Part shown: one piece after another, positions 16,301 through 26,082 of the stretch
How the letters are laid out: every line of letters starts with the position of its first letter
Position numbering within the stretch: position 1 is the stretch's first letter
Virus record (IMG/VR): IMGVR_UViG_3300032318_000846
Location: 1-38,749 of that record
Length of the DNA stretch: 38,749 bases
From: a virus
Taxonomy: Duplodnaviria > Caudoviricetes
Direction: 5' to 3' (one strand)
Translations under genes and position numbers: made by a program
The notes under the pieces: model-generated
What the model saw: the letters and a program-made list of their open reading frames with translations, nothing else
Database searches by the model: none
What the model was told of the DNA's origin: nothing

Positions 16301-16877
16301 ACGCGGAACCCAAAGGGAAGACGGCCTGTTCTTTATCTGCTATCAGAAGAACGGGACGGAGTACTGGGCTGCCCGCGAGGTTTTGGATAGGTGTATTGAG
16401 TCGGCACGGCGCTGGAAGGAAAAGAACCGGGAGAAGATGCTGGCTAAGCAGAGGGAGTATCAGCGCAAGAACAAGGAAGTCCTAAACGAGAAGCGACGCG
16501 CTAAGTTCAAGGCCAACCCCGAGCTTTACCGGAAGTACTTTGAATCCCAGAAGGCCAATATGCGGAAGGCTTCTAGGCGTTACTACCAATCCAAGCCTTG
16601 GGTCAAATGCACAGAGGAGGCTAGACGGCGGGCCAAGATCAAGCCCGATCCGGCGGATAACAAATTAATTGGGAAGCTCTATGCCACCTGTGCCCGCATA
16701 AGCAAATGCACGGGCATTCCCCATCACGTTGACCACATAATGCCGGTGTGCGCTGGCGGTGAGCATAAGCCAGACAATCTACGCATCATCACAGCCGTTG
16801 AGAATATGCGTAAGGGTGGACGCGTAGAGATTCTAACCAAGGACGTTTCAAATGAACCCTCTGATAGCGGGAGTTAA
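16266..16877 (+). CDS. Free-standing HNH homing-type endonuclease
   Basis: Basic helical repeats followed by HHVDHIMP...GEH.PDNL.IITAVEN.RK. Confidence 0.85.
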   Translation: MSLNQLNNPRIKRGTQREDGLFFICYQKNGTEYWAAREVLDRCIESARRWKEKNREKMLAKQREYQRKNKEVLNEKRRAKFKANPELYRKYFESQKANMRKASRRYYQSKPWVKCTEEARRRAKIKPDPADNKLIGKLYATCARISKCTGIPHHVDHIMPVCAGGEHKPDNLRIITAVENMRKGGRVEILTKDVSNEPSDSGS

Positions 16878-17619
16878 GAACCTAGCGATGTGGGACAAGT
16901 GGCAGGCGATGGTGAGCTTGGCTGGCGATCAATATGCCAAGAGCCCCGTCTTTGTGGAACAGGACAGCCAAAAGCCGGAGGAGTTTGACCAAGTGGCCGA
17001 TTGGATTGGGCGTTGGGACATCCCAGCGTTTGATAGGTTTGGCCGGCTACGGGACGTGAGCCACGGGGCGAGGTTTGTTAACACCCGGACGTTTGGCCCC
17101 GTCACCAGACAATGGCTGGATGCCAATACGGAGTTGTGGTTCTTGGATAAGCACAGGCTGTTAGGGCATAACATCTTGGACATTGGGGCGGGGTATGGAC
17201 GGCTGGCTGTGAGCGCGGCCCCTTACGTCAAGGACTACTGGTGTACGGATGGGGTGGAGGTGAGCCGGAACGTCTGCCGGCAGCACGTCGATTGCTACGT
17301 CCATAGCGGCAACGTCCACGTTCTAAGCCCGGAGGAGCTTCTTTCCACCCATCCCAAGTGTGAGGTGGCGGTGAACATCCATAGCTGGAACGAGTGTTCG
17401 TTTGTCGCCATTGCTGCTTGGCTAGATATTCTGGCCGAGCTAAAGGTGCCCTATCTGTTCACGGTGAGCCACGGACAGTTGGAGAATGGGAATGCCTATC
17501 TCTGCCATCAGGCCGGCCAGCCCTCCTTCCGTCCCCTCCTAGAGGAGAAGTATGACTTGGTGGAGGAACTAACTCTAGGAATGTCCTCCCATCCCTACGC
17601 GCTCTGGCGGCGGAAATGA
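16852..17619 (+). CDS. Class I SAM-dependent methyltransferase (sugar O-methyltransferase-like)
   Basis: ILDIGAGYGRLA motif I and NIHSWNEC; no DPPY/NPPY or motif-IV PC signature of DNA methyltransferases. Confidence 0.75.
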   Translation: MNPLIAGVKNLAMWDKWQAMVSLAGDQYAKSPVFVEQDSQKPEEFDQVADWIGRWDIPAFDRFGRLRDVSHGARFVNTRTFGPVTRQWLDANTELWFLDKHRLLGHNILDIGAGYGRLAVSAAPYVKDYWCTDGVEVSRNVCRQHVDCYVHSGNVHVLSPEELLSTHPKCEVAVNIHSWNECSFVAIAAWLDILAELKVPYLFTVSHGQLENGNAYLCHQAGQPSFRPLLEEKYDLVEELTLGMSSHPYALWRRK

Positions 17620-19226
17620 GCCTAGTCTGGGAAAAGCACGAGATTGTTAGTCCGCCTACGGATGAGGAGGTGGCGCGGATGGAGCCCGAGGAAGTTCTCA
17701 AGCTCCACGAGCTTTACCACTCGGCCATCGCCAATAGCCGCCGCGATCCGTACAGGTATGGGTGGAAGCTTCCCCATTGGAAGGATGCCGAGGAACTATT
17801 GGAGCATAGCTCGGAGATTCTGGTGAGCGGGGGGAACCGGAGCGGGAAAACCACCTGGGCCGCGCACGCCGTCGTCAAAGCCGCCGTGGAGAACCCCCAG
17901 TCGGTGATTATGTGCTTCGCCCAGAATGCCGACGTGTCCATCCGTCAGCAGCAGTCTGCGGTCTACGACGCCCTACCTGAAGAGTTCAGAGTGAAGGTTT
18001 TGGGTACAGAGGAGAACGTCTCCTACACCCGGAAGAACGGATTCTCTAAGAGCAGCCTCATCCTACCGGGGAGCAAGAGCTCGATAATCTTCAAAACCTA
18101 TGCCCAGTTTCTCAACAACGACACGATTCTGGAAGGCGCGGAGTTGGGATGTCGTGGTCCCAACTGGCTTAACATTGGCGCTTGGTGTGATGAGTATCTC
18201 ATCGGCCCGGAGCTACTCGCCACCCTTCGTTTTCGTTTGGCTACTCGTAATGCTAAACTGCTGGTTACTTTTACGCCTATTGATGGCTACACAGAGGTGG
18301 TCCGAGACTACCTCCAAGGAGCGTCCAACCTACGCACCAAGCCAGCAGAGCTACTCAACGGGCGGAACGTCCCGTACATACAGAAGTCCCGAAACCGAGA
18401 TGCATCCATCATCTACTTTCACAGCCGGGACAACCCTTTCGGTGGTTACGAGCGTATCGCCAAAGACCTAAGCGGGCGACCGGAGGAGGAGGTGCTCACC
18501 CGTGCGTACGGGATTCCGACTAAGTCGATGAGCACGAAGTTCCCCAACTTCAGCCGGGAGCTTAATGTGGTGAAGCACGAGTCCATCGACCTAAAAGGGA
18601 AGACACATTTTATGGTGTTGGACCCCGCAGGACGGAAGAACTGGTTTATGTGCTGGATAGCCGTAGACCCGTCTGGGACGTGGTTTGTCTATCGGGAGTG
18701 GCCGGATGTTAATGTGGGAGAATGGGCCAAGTGGCACGGCGGGAAGTGGATTGGTGGAGAAGGGGCTAAGGGACTAGGCTTTGGCATCCGAGACTATGTT
18801 GATCTAATTGGTCAGATTGAAGCTGAGCACGGCATAACGGTCACCGACCGTCTAATTGATCCTCGGCTAGGCGCGGCGAAGTACCAGACCTCCCACGGAG
18901 CTTCGTCCATCATCGAGGACCTGTCGGATGCGGGGCTTACGTTTAACCCAGCTCCAGGCTTGGACATCGAAGATGGCTTACAAGCCTTGCAGAGTAAGAT
19001 GAGCTACAACCGTAAGCTCCCGGTGGATAGCTTGAATAGGCCCCACTTCTACATCTCGGACAGGTGCGACAATCTAATCCAAGCCCTTCAGGAATATACG
19101 GGGGATGGAGGGCTGGACGAAGCGTGGAAGGATCCCGTGGACGTTCTGCGCTACGCCGCGATTGACGGCATCTCCTACGTAGACCCCAAAGCCCTGCGAA
19201 TTACCAAACCCAAGACGTATTACTAA
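17616..19226 (+). CDS. terL: Terminase large subunit
   Basis: GGNRSGKT Walker A, WCDE Walker B, TFTP coupling motif, and VLDPAG and KDPVDVLRY nuclease motifs. Confidence 0.93.
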   Translation: MSLVWEKHEIVSPPTDEEVARMEPEEVLKLHELYHSAIANSRRDPYRYGWKLPHWKDAEELLEHSSEILVSGGNRSGKTTWAAHAVVKAAVENPQSVIMCFAQNADVSIRQQQSAVYDALPEEFRVKVLGTEENVSYTRKNGFSKSSLILPGSKSSIIFKTYAQFLNNDTILEGAELGCRGPNWLNIGAWCDEYLIGPELLATLRFRLATRNAKLLVTFTPIDGYTEVVRDYLQGASNLRTKPAELLNGRNVPYIQKSRNRDASIIYFHSRDNPFGGYERIAKDLSGRPEEEVLTRAYGIPTKSMSTKFPNFSRELNVVKHESIDLKGKTHFMVLDPAGRKNWFMCWIAVDPSGTWFVYREWPDVNVGEWAKWHGGKWIGGEGAKGLGFGIRDYVDLIGQIEAEHGITVTDRLIDPRLGAAKYQTSHGASSIIEDLSDAGLTFNPAPGLDIEDGLQALQSKMSYNRKLPVDSLNRPHFYISDRCDNLIQALQEYTGDGGLDEAWKDPVDVLRYAAIDGISYVDPKALRITKPKTYY

Positions 19227-19603
19227 TGATACCTTTCATCGAACTCGCCAAGGAACTCAAGATTAGCAACTTCCAGTTGGCTAAGATTAGGGACCAGCGT
19301 CTCGCGCCAGAGGACTACCTGACGGTGAAGAACCAACGCTACTTCACCGAGGAGGGTGCGGCGAAGGTGAGGCTCGCGGTACAGGTGCCTCTGGCTGTGC
19401 CGAAGCGCCTACAGGTGAAGGTGGTAGGCCGCGCACCCAATCCCCGCTATGTCTACTGCGTAGAGCACGGGAAGGACGGACGATTCCTCGCTGTCGTTAA
19501 ACCCTCGACGTGTGATAGGCTTATCGGCAAGCACATCTATGTTGACCTAATTGAAGACGCCCAAGGGGGAATCACCTACCGGCACGATGCACTCGCCAAA
19601 TGA
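19226..19603 (+). CDS. Hypothetical protein (HTH-like N-terminus)
   Basis: TAATG overlap with terL. Confidence 0.7.
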   Translation: MIPFIELAKELKISNFQLAKIRDQRLAPEDYLTVKNQRYFTEEGAAKVRLAVQVPLAVPKRLQVKVVGRAPNPRYVYCVEHGKDGRFLAVVKPSTCDRLIGKHIYVDLIEDAQGGITYRHDALAK

Positions 19604-19796
19604 CAAGTCTTTGGACCCTGAGTGGCAGGCCGAGCAGACCGATAGACTCCTGGGCTTTGAAATCCTCACCCGTACTCTCCAAGCCCGCTATCAACCCGTA
19701 GCCCCTCAAGACCTGTCCGAGAAGATCGCGGCTAACAAAAACTACTCTTACTCCGTACTCCAGTCGATCCGGCGCAAACTCAATGAACACCGATAG
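19587..19796 (+). CDS. Hypothetical protein
   Basis: ATG at 19587; bridges to the portal gene. Confidence 0.55.
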   Translation: MHSPNDKSLDPEWQAEQTDRLLGFEILTRTLQARYQPVAPQDLSEKIAANKNYSYSVLQSIRRKLNEHR

Positions 19797-21858
19797 AATG
19801 GAAGCCCTCACCTTCGTCCAGAAGGAACCCGACGTCCTGACGCTGAAGAACGCCTACGACCGGACCGTAAACGATCTGAGCTGGTATCTTGAGTCCACCC
19901 GTGACTCCTTCGACTACAGGCGCTGCATCTGGCCCGGAAAGAGCAAGGACCTCCGAAAGCACGGAGCGGACGCATTCCCTTTTGAAGGCGCGTCGGATAC
20001 GGAAGTCCCCCTCATTAACGAGCGCATCAATACTTACATTGCGCTCTGTATCTCTGCCCTCTCGCGGGCGAACATCCGTGCCTACCCCGTAGAAGTGGGG
20101 GATTTGCAGCGTTCGCGGGTCACCTCTGCCTTCCTGAAGTGGATGGTGTCCACCTACATCAAGGACTTCCGCCGGCAGATGGAGCTGGGGTCCAACTACC
20201 TCTTTGAGCGGGGGATGATGGTGAGCTATGTCGGGTGGCAAAAGGAGGATCGGACGTTCCTTCAGCAGCTCGACTTGAACCAAATCGCCCAACTAAGCCC
20301 CGATTTGGCCCGAATGATCGTTGAGGGGAACGACGACAAGGCCATCGCCGCCCTTCTCCAGCAGCAGTTTAAGGGAGTTAACCAAAGTCGGGCTACGAAG
20401 GCCATTAAACAGCTCCGTAAGGACGGGAAAGCGGAGCTTCCCATCGTCCGGCAGACGGTTAATGCCCCCAAAGTGTGTGCGTTGGCTCCCGATGGGGACG
20501 TTTTCTTCCCGTCCTACACCACCGATCCTCAAAAAGCCCCCTATTGCTTCTGGCGGGTGCTGATGACGGCCCAGGAGCTGAAGAACAAGGCCGCGACGGA
20601 AGGTTGGGATAAGGACTGGGTGGATTTTGTGGTGGAAAACTACGCCACGTCGGTGGACATCACGGATCCCCGCACCAATACGTCCTCCAATCGGTCGGCC
20701 CAAGAGCAGACTAACGAACTCTACGAGATCATCTACTGCTACCAGCGGCTCGTATCCGAGGAGGACAACTCTGAGGGCATCTATTGCACGGTTTTCCACC
20801 CCCAGTTTATGGGACGGTCGGAGGAACCGAAGTTTGCCAAGTTTGAGCTGCTCAATGGCTATGACGACTACCCCTTTGTCGTCACCCGTCTGAGTGAGGA
20901 CAACAAACGCCTGTACGAGCTGGCGACGATTCCAGAGCAGCTAGTCGGCCTGCAATGGCAGATTAAGGGTGAGCGAGATAGCCGGATGGATCGGAACAGT
21001 ATGGCGACCATCCCGCCGCTGCTGTACCCGGCTAACGGCCAGCCCCCGATGGACTACGGTCCGGCGGCCCGCATTCCCTATCGCCGGATGGGTGAAATTC
21101 AGTTTGGGCCCGTTCCTCCGTTCAATCCGGGCTCTGTGGAGATTGAGCAAACCCTCACGCAGGAGGCCAACCGGATTATGGGGCTCGACCACGAGAACCC
21201 GATGAGCCGGATTCGCCAGCAGTACTACGTGGATAAGTTCCTGAGCCACGTCCGGGATGTCCTGCGGATGGCGTTCAAGTGCTATCAACGCTTTGGCCCG
21301 GAAGAGGTGTTCTTCCGCGTTACGGGCGTCACCGATCCCGTCCGCTTCTCGCGGGGTGACCCGAATGAGGACTTCGACATCGTCATCAACTTCGATGTCC
21401 TAAACAACGATCCCGAGGCCCTAGAAGCCCAGCTCAACCAGTTCGTCAGCTTGGTGCAGTTCGACCGTAATGGCCGCATCAATATGGACCGGATGCTGGA
21501 GGTGTTGGCTGGTGCGGTGAATCCCGCCCTGGCTGACGCCGTCCTCCAGCCGGCTGAGGAAGCCCAGCAGCAAATCGTGAAGCAGGTGACTGATGACCTG
21601 TCTAAGATTTACGCGGGCATCGAGGTGGGTGCCCGCCCGAATGGGGCTCAGGTGGCGATGCAGGTGATTCAGCAGTACACCCAGCAGCCCGACGTTATGC
21701 AGCGTCTACAGCAGGACGAGGCATTCAAGTCGCGTCTGGAGAAGTACTTACAGCAGTACCAGTTCCAGATGCAGCAGATGCAGAACGCCCAAATTGGACG
21801 TATCGGCACGGCTCCCGCCCAGATGGGCGAGATGCAGACTCAGGGAATCACTGCCTGA
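19783..21858 (+). CDS. Portal protein
   Basis: 691 aa after terL, with a Gln-rich helical C-terminus as in P22-like portals. Confidence 0.8.
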   Translation: MNTDRMEALTFVQKEPDVLTLKNAYDRTVNDLSWYLESTRDSFDYRRCIWPGKSKDLRKHGADAFPFEGASDTEVPLINERINTYIALCISALSRANIRAYPVEVGDLQRSRVTSAFLKWMVSTYIKDFRRQMELGSNYLFERGMMVSYVGWQKEDRTFLQQLDLNQIAQLSPDLARMIVEGNDDKAIAALLQQQFKGVNQSRATKAIKQLRKDGKAELPIVRQTVNAPKVCALAPDGDVFFPSYTTDPQKAPYCFWRVLMTAQELKNKAATEGWDKDWVDFVVENYATSVDITDPRTNTSSNRSAQEQTNELYEIIYCYQRLVSEEDNSEGIYCTVFHPQFMGRSEEPKFAKFELLNGYDDYPFVVTRLSEDNKRLYELATIPEQLVGLQWQIKGERDSRMDRNSMATIPPLLYPANGQPPMDYGPAARIPYRRMGEIQFGPVPPFNPGSVEIEQTLTQEANRIMGLDHENPMSRIRQQYYVDKFLSHVRDVLRMAFKCYQRFGPEEVFFRVTGVTDPVRFSRGDPNEDFDIVINFDVLNNDPEALEAQLNQFVSLVQFDRNGRINMDRMLEVLAGAVNPALADAVLQPAEEAQQQIVKQVTDDLSKIYAGIEVGARPNGAQVAMQVIQQYTQQPDVMQRLQQDEAFKSRLEKYLQQYQFQMQQMQNAQIGRIGTAPAQMGEMQTQGITA

Positions 21859-22072
21859 GCGAGGCCCACTTAGCACTCAACGCCTTGTATTGGGCGGCGC
21901 TCAACACGTCGTCCAATGCACAGATGCGCCCGCTCAGTTGCTGGATGGCGTCCGTATTACGGTCGTGGAGATTGCTTATCCAGCCCTCCCGCTGGCTGTA
22001 AACCTCGTCCAAGAACGCCAGGAAGTCTTCGCTGTTATGGAGTCGTTCTAAAGCCTTTGGGTCCATCCCCAT
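21848..22072 (-). CDS. Small helical protein, antisense to the structural operon
   Basis: 74 aa with QQLSGRICALDDVL; fills the portal-scaffold gap and has a promoter-like motif upstream. Confidence 0.65.
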   Translation of the reverse strand: MGMDPKALERLHNSEDFLAFLDEVYSQREGWISNLHDRNTDAIQQLSGRICALDDVLSAAQYKALSAKWASLRQ

Positions 22073-22125
22073 AGAGATGGCTGTCAGTCCTTTACGGGCA
22101 AGGACGAAAACAGCGTGCTAGCATT

Positions 22126-22154
22126 CGCCCGTCGCATCGCCTGCGTTACGGGCG
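22126..22154 (+). promoter_or_regulatory. Hairpin upstream of the scaffold gene, after an extended -10 (TGCTAGCAT)
   Basis: CGCCCGT-CGCA-TCGCC-TGCG-TT-ACGGGCG, ending 10 nt before the ATG. Confidence 0.5.
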
Positions 22155-22164
22155 GAAAACAACA

Positions 22165-23208
22165 ATGCCAGAAGTCACATCGTCCAACTCGGCAGACGCT
22201 AAACCAGCCGTGGAAAACAAGCCAATGACGGATAAGGACTTCCTGTCCGCCCGCATTGCCAGCCGCCAGAAGGCCCCGCCTTCAACGACTGAATCGGCTC
22301 CCGAGCCAGAGGAGAAGAAGGAGGCCACCTCACAGGAGGGCGAGCCAACTGAAGCTCCGAAAGCTAAGGAGGTTCTTTCTAAGGATATTGACGAGCTTAC
22401 GGATGAGGAGATTGCCGAGCTTGCCCAGAAGGGTAAAAGCGGCCTGCTCAAACGCATTGCTGAACTCACGGCCAAGCGAAAGCTAGCCGAGGAGAAGGCT
22501 GCCGCCCTTGAGGCTGCGGTCCAGCAGGCGAAGCAGCAACTCCCCGAGCCGAAGGTGGAGAACAACCCCTACGCCAACGTTTCAACCATCGACGACCTTC
22601 AGGGAAAGCTGAAGGAAGTGAACGAGGTTGTGGAGTGGGCGGAGGACATTCTCTTCCGTTCCGAAGATATGGCCGCCTCAGACATTGTGGCGACTGTTGA
22701 CGGGAAGGAATACACCAAGGCTGACATCCGCGAGTCGCTCCGCAAAGCCCGCCGTGCCAAGGACCGTTTCATCCCCGCCCAGTTCCAAGAACTGCAAGCG
22801 AAGACGGAACGTTCCAACCTTGAGTCGGCATTCAAGCAGCAGGCTCGTAAAGAGCTGGGCTGGTTGGAGGGCGAGGACAACGACGTTCGTAAGCGTTATG
22901 AGTCGATGGTCGCTGACCCCCGTCTCAAGAAGCTGAAGGACTCGGTGCCCGAAATTGCGCCGCAGATTGAGTACCTAATCGCTCACGCCGCCAACTCGAT
23001 GTATGGCCGGCGGGAAATCCCGATGGAGAAATCCAAGGGACCGACGCTCAATCCTCCGTCAAGCCCCTCCACTACGGCTGCCGCTCCTGAAAAGGCGGAA
23101 GCTCGGATGGAGAAGTCCATCAAGGACGTAGAAAGCCGGTTTCGCCAAACAGGAAAAGGTAGTGACTTCATTGCCCTCCGCGCAGCTCAAATCTCTAAAC
23201 GCAAATAA
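22165..23208 (+). CDS. Capsid scaffolding protein
   Basis: Acidic disordered N-terminus, KRIAELTAKRK coiled coil and a position just before the major capsid gene. Confidence 0.75.
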   Translation: MPEVTSSNSADAKPAVENKPMTDKDFLSARIASRQKAPPSTTESAPEPEEKKEATSQEGEPTEAPKAKEVLSKDIDELTDEEIAELAQKGKSGLLKRIAELTAKRKLAEEKAAALEAAVQQAKQQLPEPKVENNPYANVSTIDDLQGKLKEVNEVVEWAEDILFRSEDMAASDIVATVDGKEYTKADIRESLRKARRAKDRFIPAQFQELQAKTERSNLESAFKQQARKELGWLEGEDNDVRKRYESMVADPRLKKLKDSVPEIAPQIEYLIAHAANSMYGRREIPMEKSKGPTLNPPSSPSTTAAAPEKAEARMEKSIKDVESRFRQTGKGSDFIALRAAQISKRK

Positions 23209-23220
23209 CCCAAGCCTACA

Positions 23221-24201
23221 ATGGCCTTCTCCAACACGTTCGATACGACCTCCCCCGGTTCTGCGGCGCTTAACCGCGAGGACCTTCACGACGCCATCAC
23301 GCAGCTCGCTCCCAGCGAGACGCCCGTCCTCAGCTCGGCTGAGAAGTTCAAGGCTAACGCCACCTACGTTGAGTGGGGCGTGGACAAGCTGTCCGCTCCC
23401 ACCACCACCGCTGTCGCGGAAGGTGCGGATGTCTCCAACTTCGATGACAAGTTTGAGAACGTGGCCCGTCTGGGCAACTACGTCCACAAGCTCCGTCGGT
23501 CCTACCGCGTGAGCGACCTCCAGCAGGCCGTCTCCTCGGTTGGCCCGCAGGACATCGCCCGTGCGGAGCTGAAGGCCGTCAAGGAGCTGAAGCGTGATGC
23601 TGAGGCTGCCCTAATCGGCACCCAGGACCGCGCTGCTGAGAACGGCGCCGGCACCGCGTACACGATGCGTGGTCTCGGTGACTGGCTGGATTCGTCCGGC
23701 CCCGCTGACGTCCCGGCTGCATATCGCACGCCCTCGGACTCCATCCACGCCTCCGGTACGTTCACGGAAACCATCCTCAACCGGATGGTCACGTCGATCT
23801 ACCGCGTGTCGGGTGTGACCAACAGCCTCACCCTCGTTGCTGACACGGCCCTTCGCCGCGCCATCACCGACTTCTCCCGCGCTGACACGATCACGGGTGC
23901 TGTTCGTACCAACGATAACAGCTACCTGAACAATATGATTAAGTTGGCTGTCGGTGTTTACCAGTCCGACCACGGTCTGGTGACCATCGTCGATATGAAC
24001 CCTGACTGCTCGCCCGACACCACCAACAAGGATGTCGGCTACCTCGTCAACCCGGAGTACTACGCGGTTGGTGAGCTGATCAGCCTCGGTTCGACCCGCC
24101 TCCCCAATCTGGGTGGTGGCGAGCGCGGCTACGTTGACTGGACGGGCACCCTCAAGGTGAGCCATCCGGGCGCGCACGGCGTCATTGTCGGCACCAGCTA
24201 A
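23221..24201 (+). CDS. Major capsid protein (DUF5309 / SU10-like)
   Basis: NREDL.D.I....P.ETP, EW..D.L, EGAD, ELKRD.E and RGLG.W motifs; strongly biased codon usage. Confidence 0.88.
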   Translation: MAFSNTFDTTSPGSAALNREDLHDAITQLAPSETPVLSSAEKFKANATYVEWGVDKLSAPTTTAVAEGADVSNFDDKFENVARLGNYVHKLRRSYRVSDLQQAVSSVGPQDIARAELKAVKELKRDAEAALIGTQDRAAENGAGTAYTMRGLGDWLDSSGPADVPAAYRTPSDSIHASGTFTETILNRMVTSIYRVSGVTNSLTLVADTALRRAITDFSRADTITGAVRTNDNSYLNNMIKLAVGVYQSDHGLVTIVDMNPDCSPDTTNKDVGYLVNPEYYAVGELISLGSTRLPNLGGGERGYVDWTGTLKVSHPGAHGVIVGTS

Positions 24202-24225
24202 CCCTAACCCAAGGAGACTACTACT

Positions 24226-24687
24226 ATGAAACTGTCCGTCAATGAAGCGGCTTATGGGCTGAATAACTTCATCAAGTTCGACTACCTGGATCTCCAGACC
24301 ACTGGGTTCCTGTCGACCATTGGTGCGGCCAATCAGCGCAAGATCGGCAGCCTGCCGGCGGGTTCGATCATCGACCTCGTTGCGGTGATTAACACCGTGG
24401 CTGAGGCTGGTGCGTCCGACCTCACCCTGGACGTTGGTGTCACCTCCGCTGACCCGGATGATGGCATCGACAACCTCGACCTGGACGGCCTGACCAAGGC
24501 GACGTTCAACACTGGCGACAACTTCGCCGTCACCGCGACCGGCGCGACCATTGGTCCCGTGGGCATCGTCAACAACACCACCTCTGCGGTGAATGTGCTG
24601 ATGGAGCTGAACGGCACCGTCGCCAACCTCACGGCTGGTGAGTGGATCATCGCGTGGCGTCAGTTGGACCTCGGTCAGCTGGCGTAA
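24226..24687 (+). CDS. Putative capsid decoration protein
   Basis: Beta-rich 153 aa between the capsid gene and the terminator, with an AAGGAG Shine-Dalgarno and similar codon bias. Confidence 0.6.
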   Translation: MKLSVNEAAYGLNNFIKFDYLDLQTTGFLSTIGAANQRKIGSLPAGSIIDLVAVINTVAEAGASDLTLDVGVTSADPDDGIDNLDLDGLTKATFNTGDNFAVTATGATIGPVGIVNNTTSAVNVLMELNGTVANLTAGEWIIAWRQLDLGQLA

Positions 24688-24704
24688 AGGGTTGACCTCC
24701 TAAC

Positions 24705-24737
24705 AAAGGGCGCATCCTTCGGGGTGCGCCTTTTTTT
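24705..24737 (+). terminator. Rho-independent terminator after the capsid genes
   Basis: GGCGCATCC-TTCG-GGGTGCGCC-TTTTTTT. Confidence 0.9.
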
Positions 24738-25772
24738 ATGCGATTTCACGTTGTAGCTATGCCTCAGAGTTTCACGACCCGCGACTTCTCAGTCTGTGGG
24801 TTTAGCCAGAAAACTATTAGGTTTTGCTGGATGATGAAGACTCTGGGACATACGGTGTTCCTGTACAGCGGGCCGCATAATCAGGCTATCTGCGACGAGC
24901 ACGTAGTGATTAGTACGGAGGAGGACCAGAAGCTCATTACGGGCGGGAATCACTACGTCTATCCCTCTTGGCAATCCGGGCACCCGGTGTGGGTGAAGAC
25001 CAACCAGACTGCCGTGGATGAGATCAACAAGCGTAAAGAAAAGGGCGACTTTGTTTGCATATTGGGTGGGAACTGTCAAAAAATGATCGAAATCTTGCTA
25101 CCTGACCTCAAGGTAGTGGAGTACGGGATCGGCTATGAGGGGTTCTTCTCCAAGTGGAAGGTGTGGGAGAGCCACGTCTGGCGCTCCTACTGCATTGGGA
25201 GATGGGCTAATGCGAAGCCTGTAGACCAGCACGACGCCGTAATTAACGCCTTTTACGACGACTCGGAGTACATCCGTAACATCCCTAAGAAGCCCTATGC
25301 CTTGTTCCTAGGCCGGCTAACAGCCCAGAAGGGCATTGAGGATGCCTGTGAGGCCGCAGAGAAGGCCGGGATGCCCCTAAAGGTGGCGGGGTTTGGCAAT
25401 GCTAAGCTAGTGAGCCGGGGAGCTGAATACTTGGGGGAAGTGAGCCTGGCCGATAAGCTCAAGCTCCTAGGCGAGGCTAGTGTCCTCATCTGTCCCACCC
25501 GGTCCTTTGAGCCATTTGGGAATGTAGCCTGCGAGGCCCAGCTTTCTGGAACCCCCGTGGTATCAACCAATTATGGAGGATTTGTAGAGTCTGTAGAGGA
25601 TGGGGTGACGGGGTTTCGGTGCAATACGATAGAGGAGATGGCCGCCGCCCTCCATCATTCCCAATCCCTTAGCCGGATGACCATCGTCAACCGCGCCATT
25701 AAGCTATTCTCGATGAGGTCTAAGATGTTTGACTACAACAGGTACTTCAACGCACTCTCCAAGGTAGACTAA
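24738..25772 (+). CDS. GT-B (GT4-like) glycosyltransferase
   Basis: FLGRL..QKG, EPFGNVACEAQLSGTPV (Ex7E) and E.VEDGVTGF motifs. Confidence 0.9.
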   Translation: MRFHVVAMPQSFTTRDFSVCGFSQKTIRFCWMMKTLGHTVFLYSGPHNQAICDEHVVISTEEDQKLITGGNHYVYPSWQSGHPVWVKTNQTAVDEINKRKEKGDFVCILGGNCQKMIEILLPDLKVVEYGIGYEGFFSKWKVWESHVWRSYCIGRWANAKPVDQHDAVINAFYDDSEYIRNIPKKPYALFLGRLTAQKGIEDACEAAEKAGMPLKVAGFGNAKLVSRGAEYLGEVSLADKLKLLGEASVLICPTRSFEPFGNVACEAQLSGTPVVSTNYGGFVESVEDGVTGFRCNTIEEMAAALHHSQSLSRMTIVNRAIKLFSMRSKMFDYNRYFNALSKVD

Positions 25773-25776
25773 GCCC

Positions 25777-26082
25777 GTGCAGATTATCACCAAACTTCCC
25801 AATTTGGGAACAGCCGCCAAGGACGCCCTGATTAAGGAGATTAAGATGGGCTTTGAGTTGGTGAAGGCTAACGAGAAGAAGGAGGAGATTGTGGCGGCGC
25901 AGCAGGCTCAGGCTATGCGCGGGCATAGGACGATTCAGGGACTGGGGAAGTGCGTGGCAATGATGCCGCCGGACGAGTATTTCCGCTTGGTGAAGAAGTT
26001 TGGACACGCGGAGGTGAAGAGTAAGGAGTTCCTGCGGTACTATCGGAAGAAGTTCCCGCACCTGTCGCCCAACGCCATCTGA
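25777..26082 (+). CDS. Hypothetical protein
   Basis: GTG start 6 nt after TAGACT; coupled to the next gene. Confidence 0.7.
   Translation: MQIITKLPNLGTAAKDALIKEIKMGFELVKANEKKEEIVAAQQAQAMRGHRTIQGLGKCVAMMPPDEYFRLVKKFGHAEVKSKEFLRYYRKKFPHLSPNAI

Noticed and set aside
16852-17619. DNA methyltransferase
   Set aside because: Lacks the catalytic DPPY/NPPY or motif-IV PC signatures; fits a small-molecule or sugar methyltransferase better.
22081-22114. Hammerhead-like GTCC...GGAC-GAAA
   Set aside because: The CUGANGA core is missing (CTGTCA instead) and stems I and III cannot be assigned.
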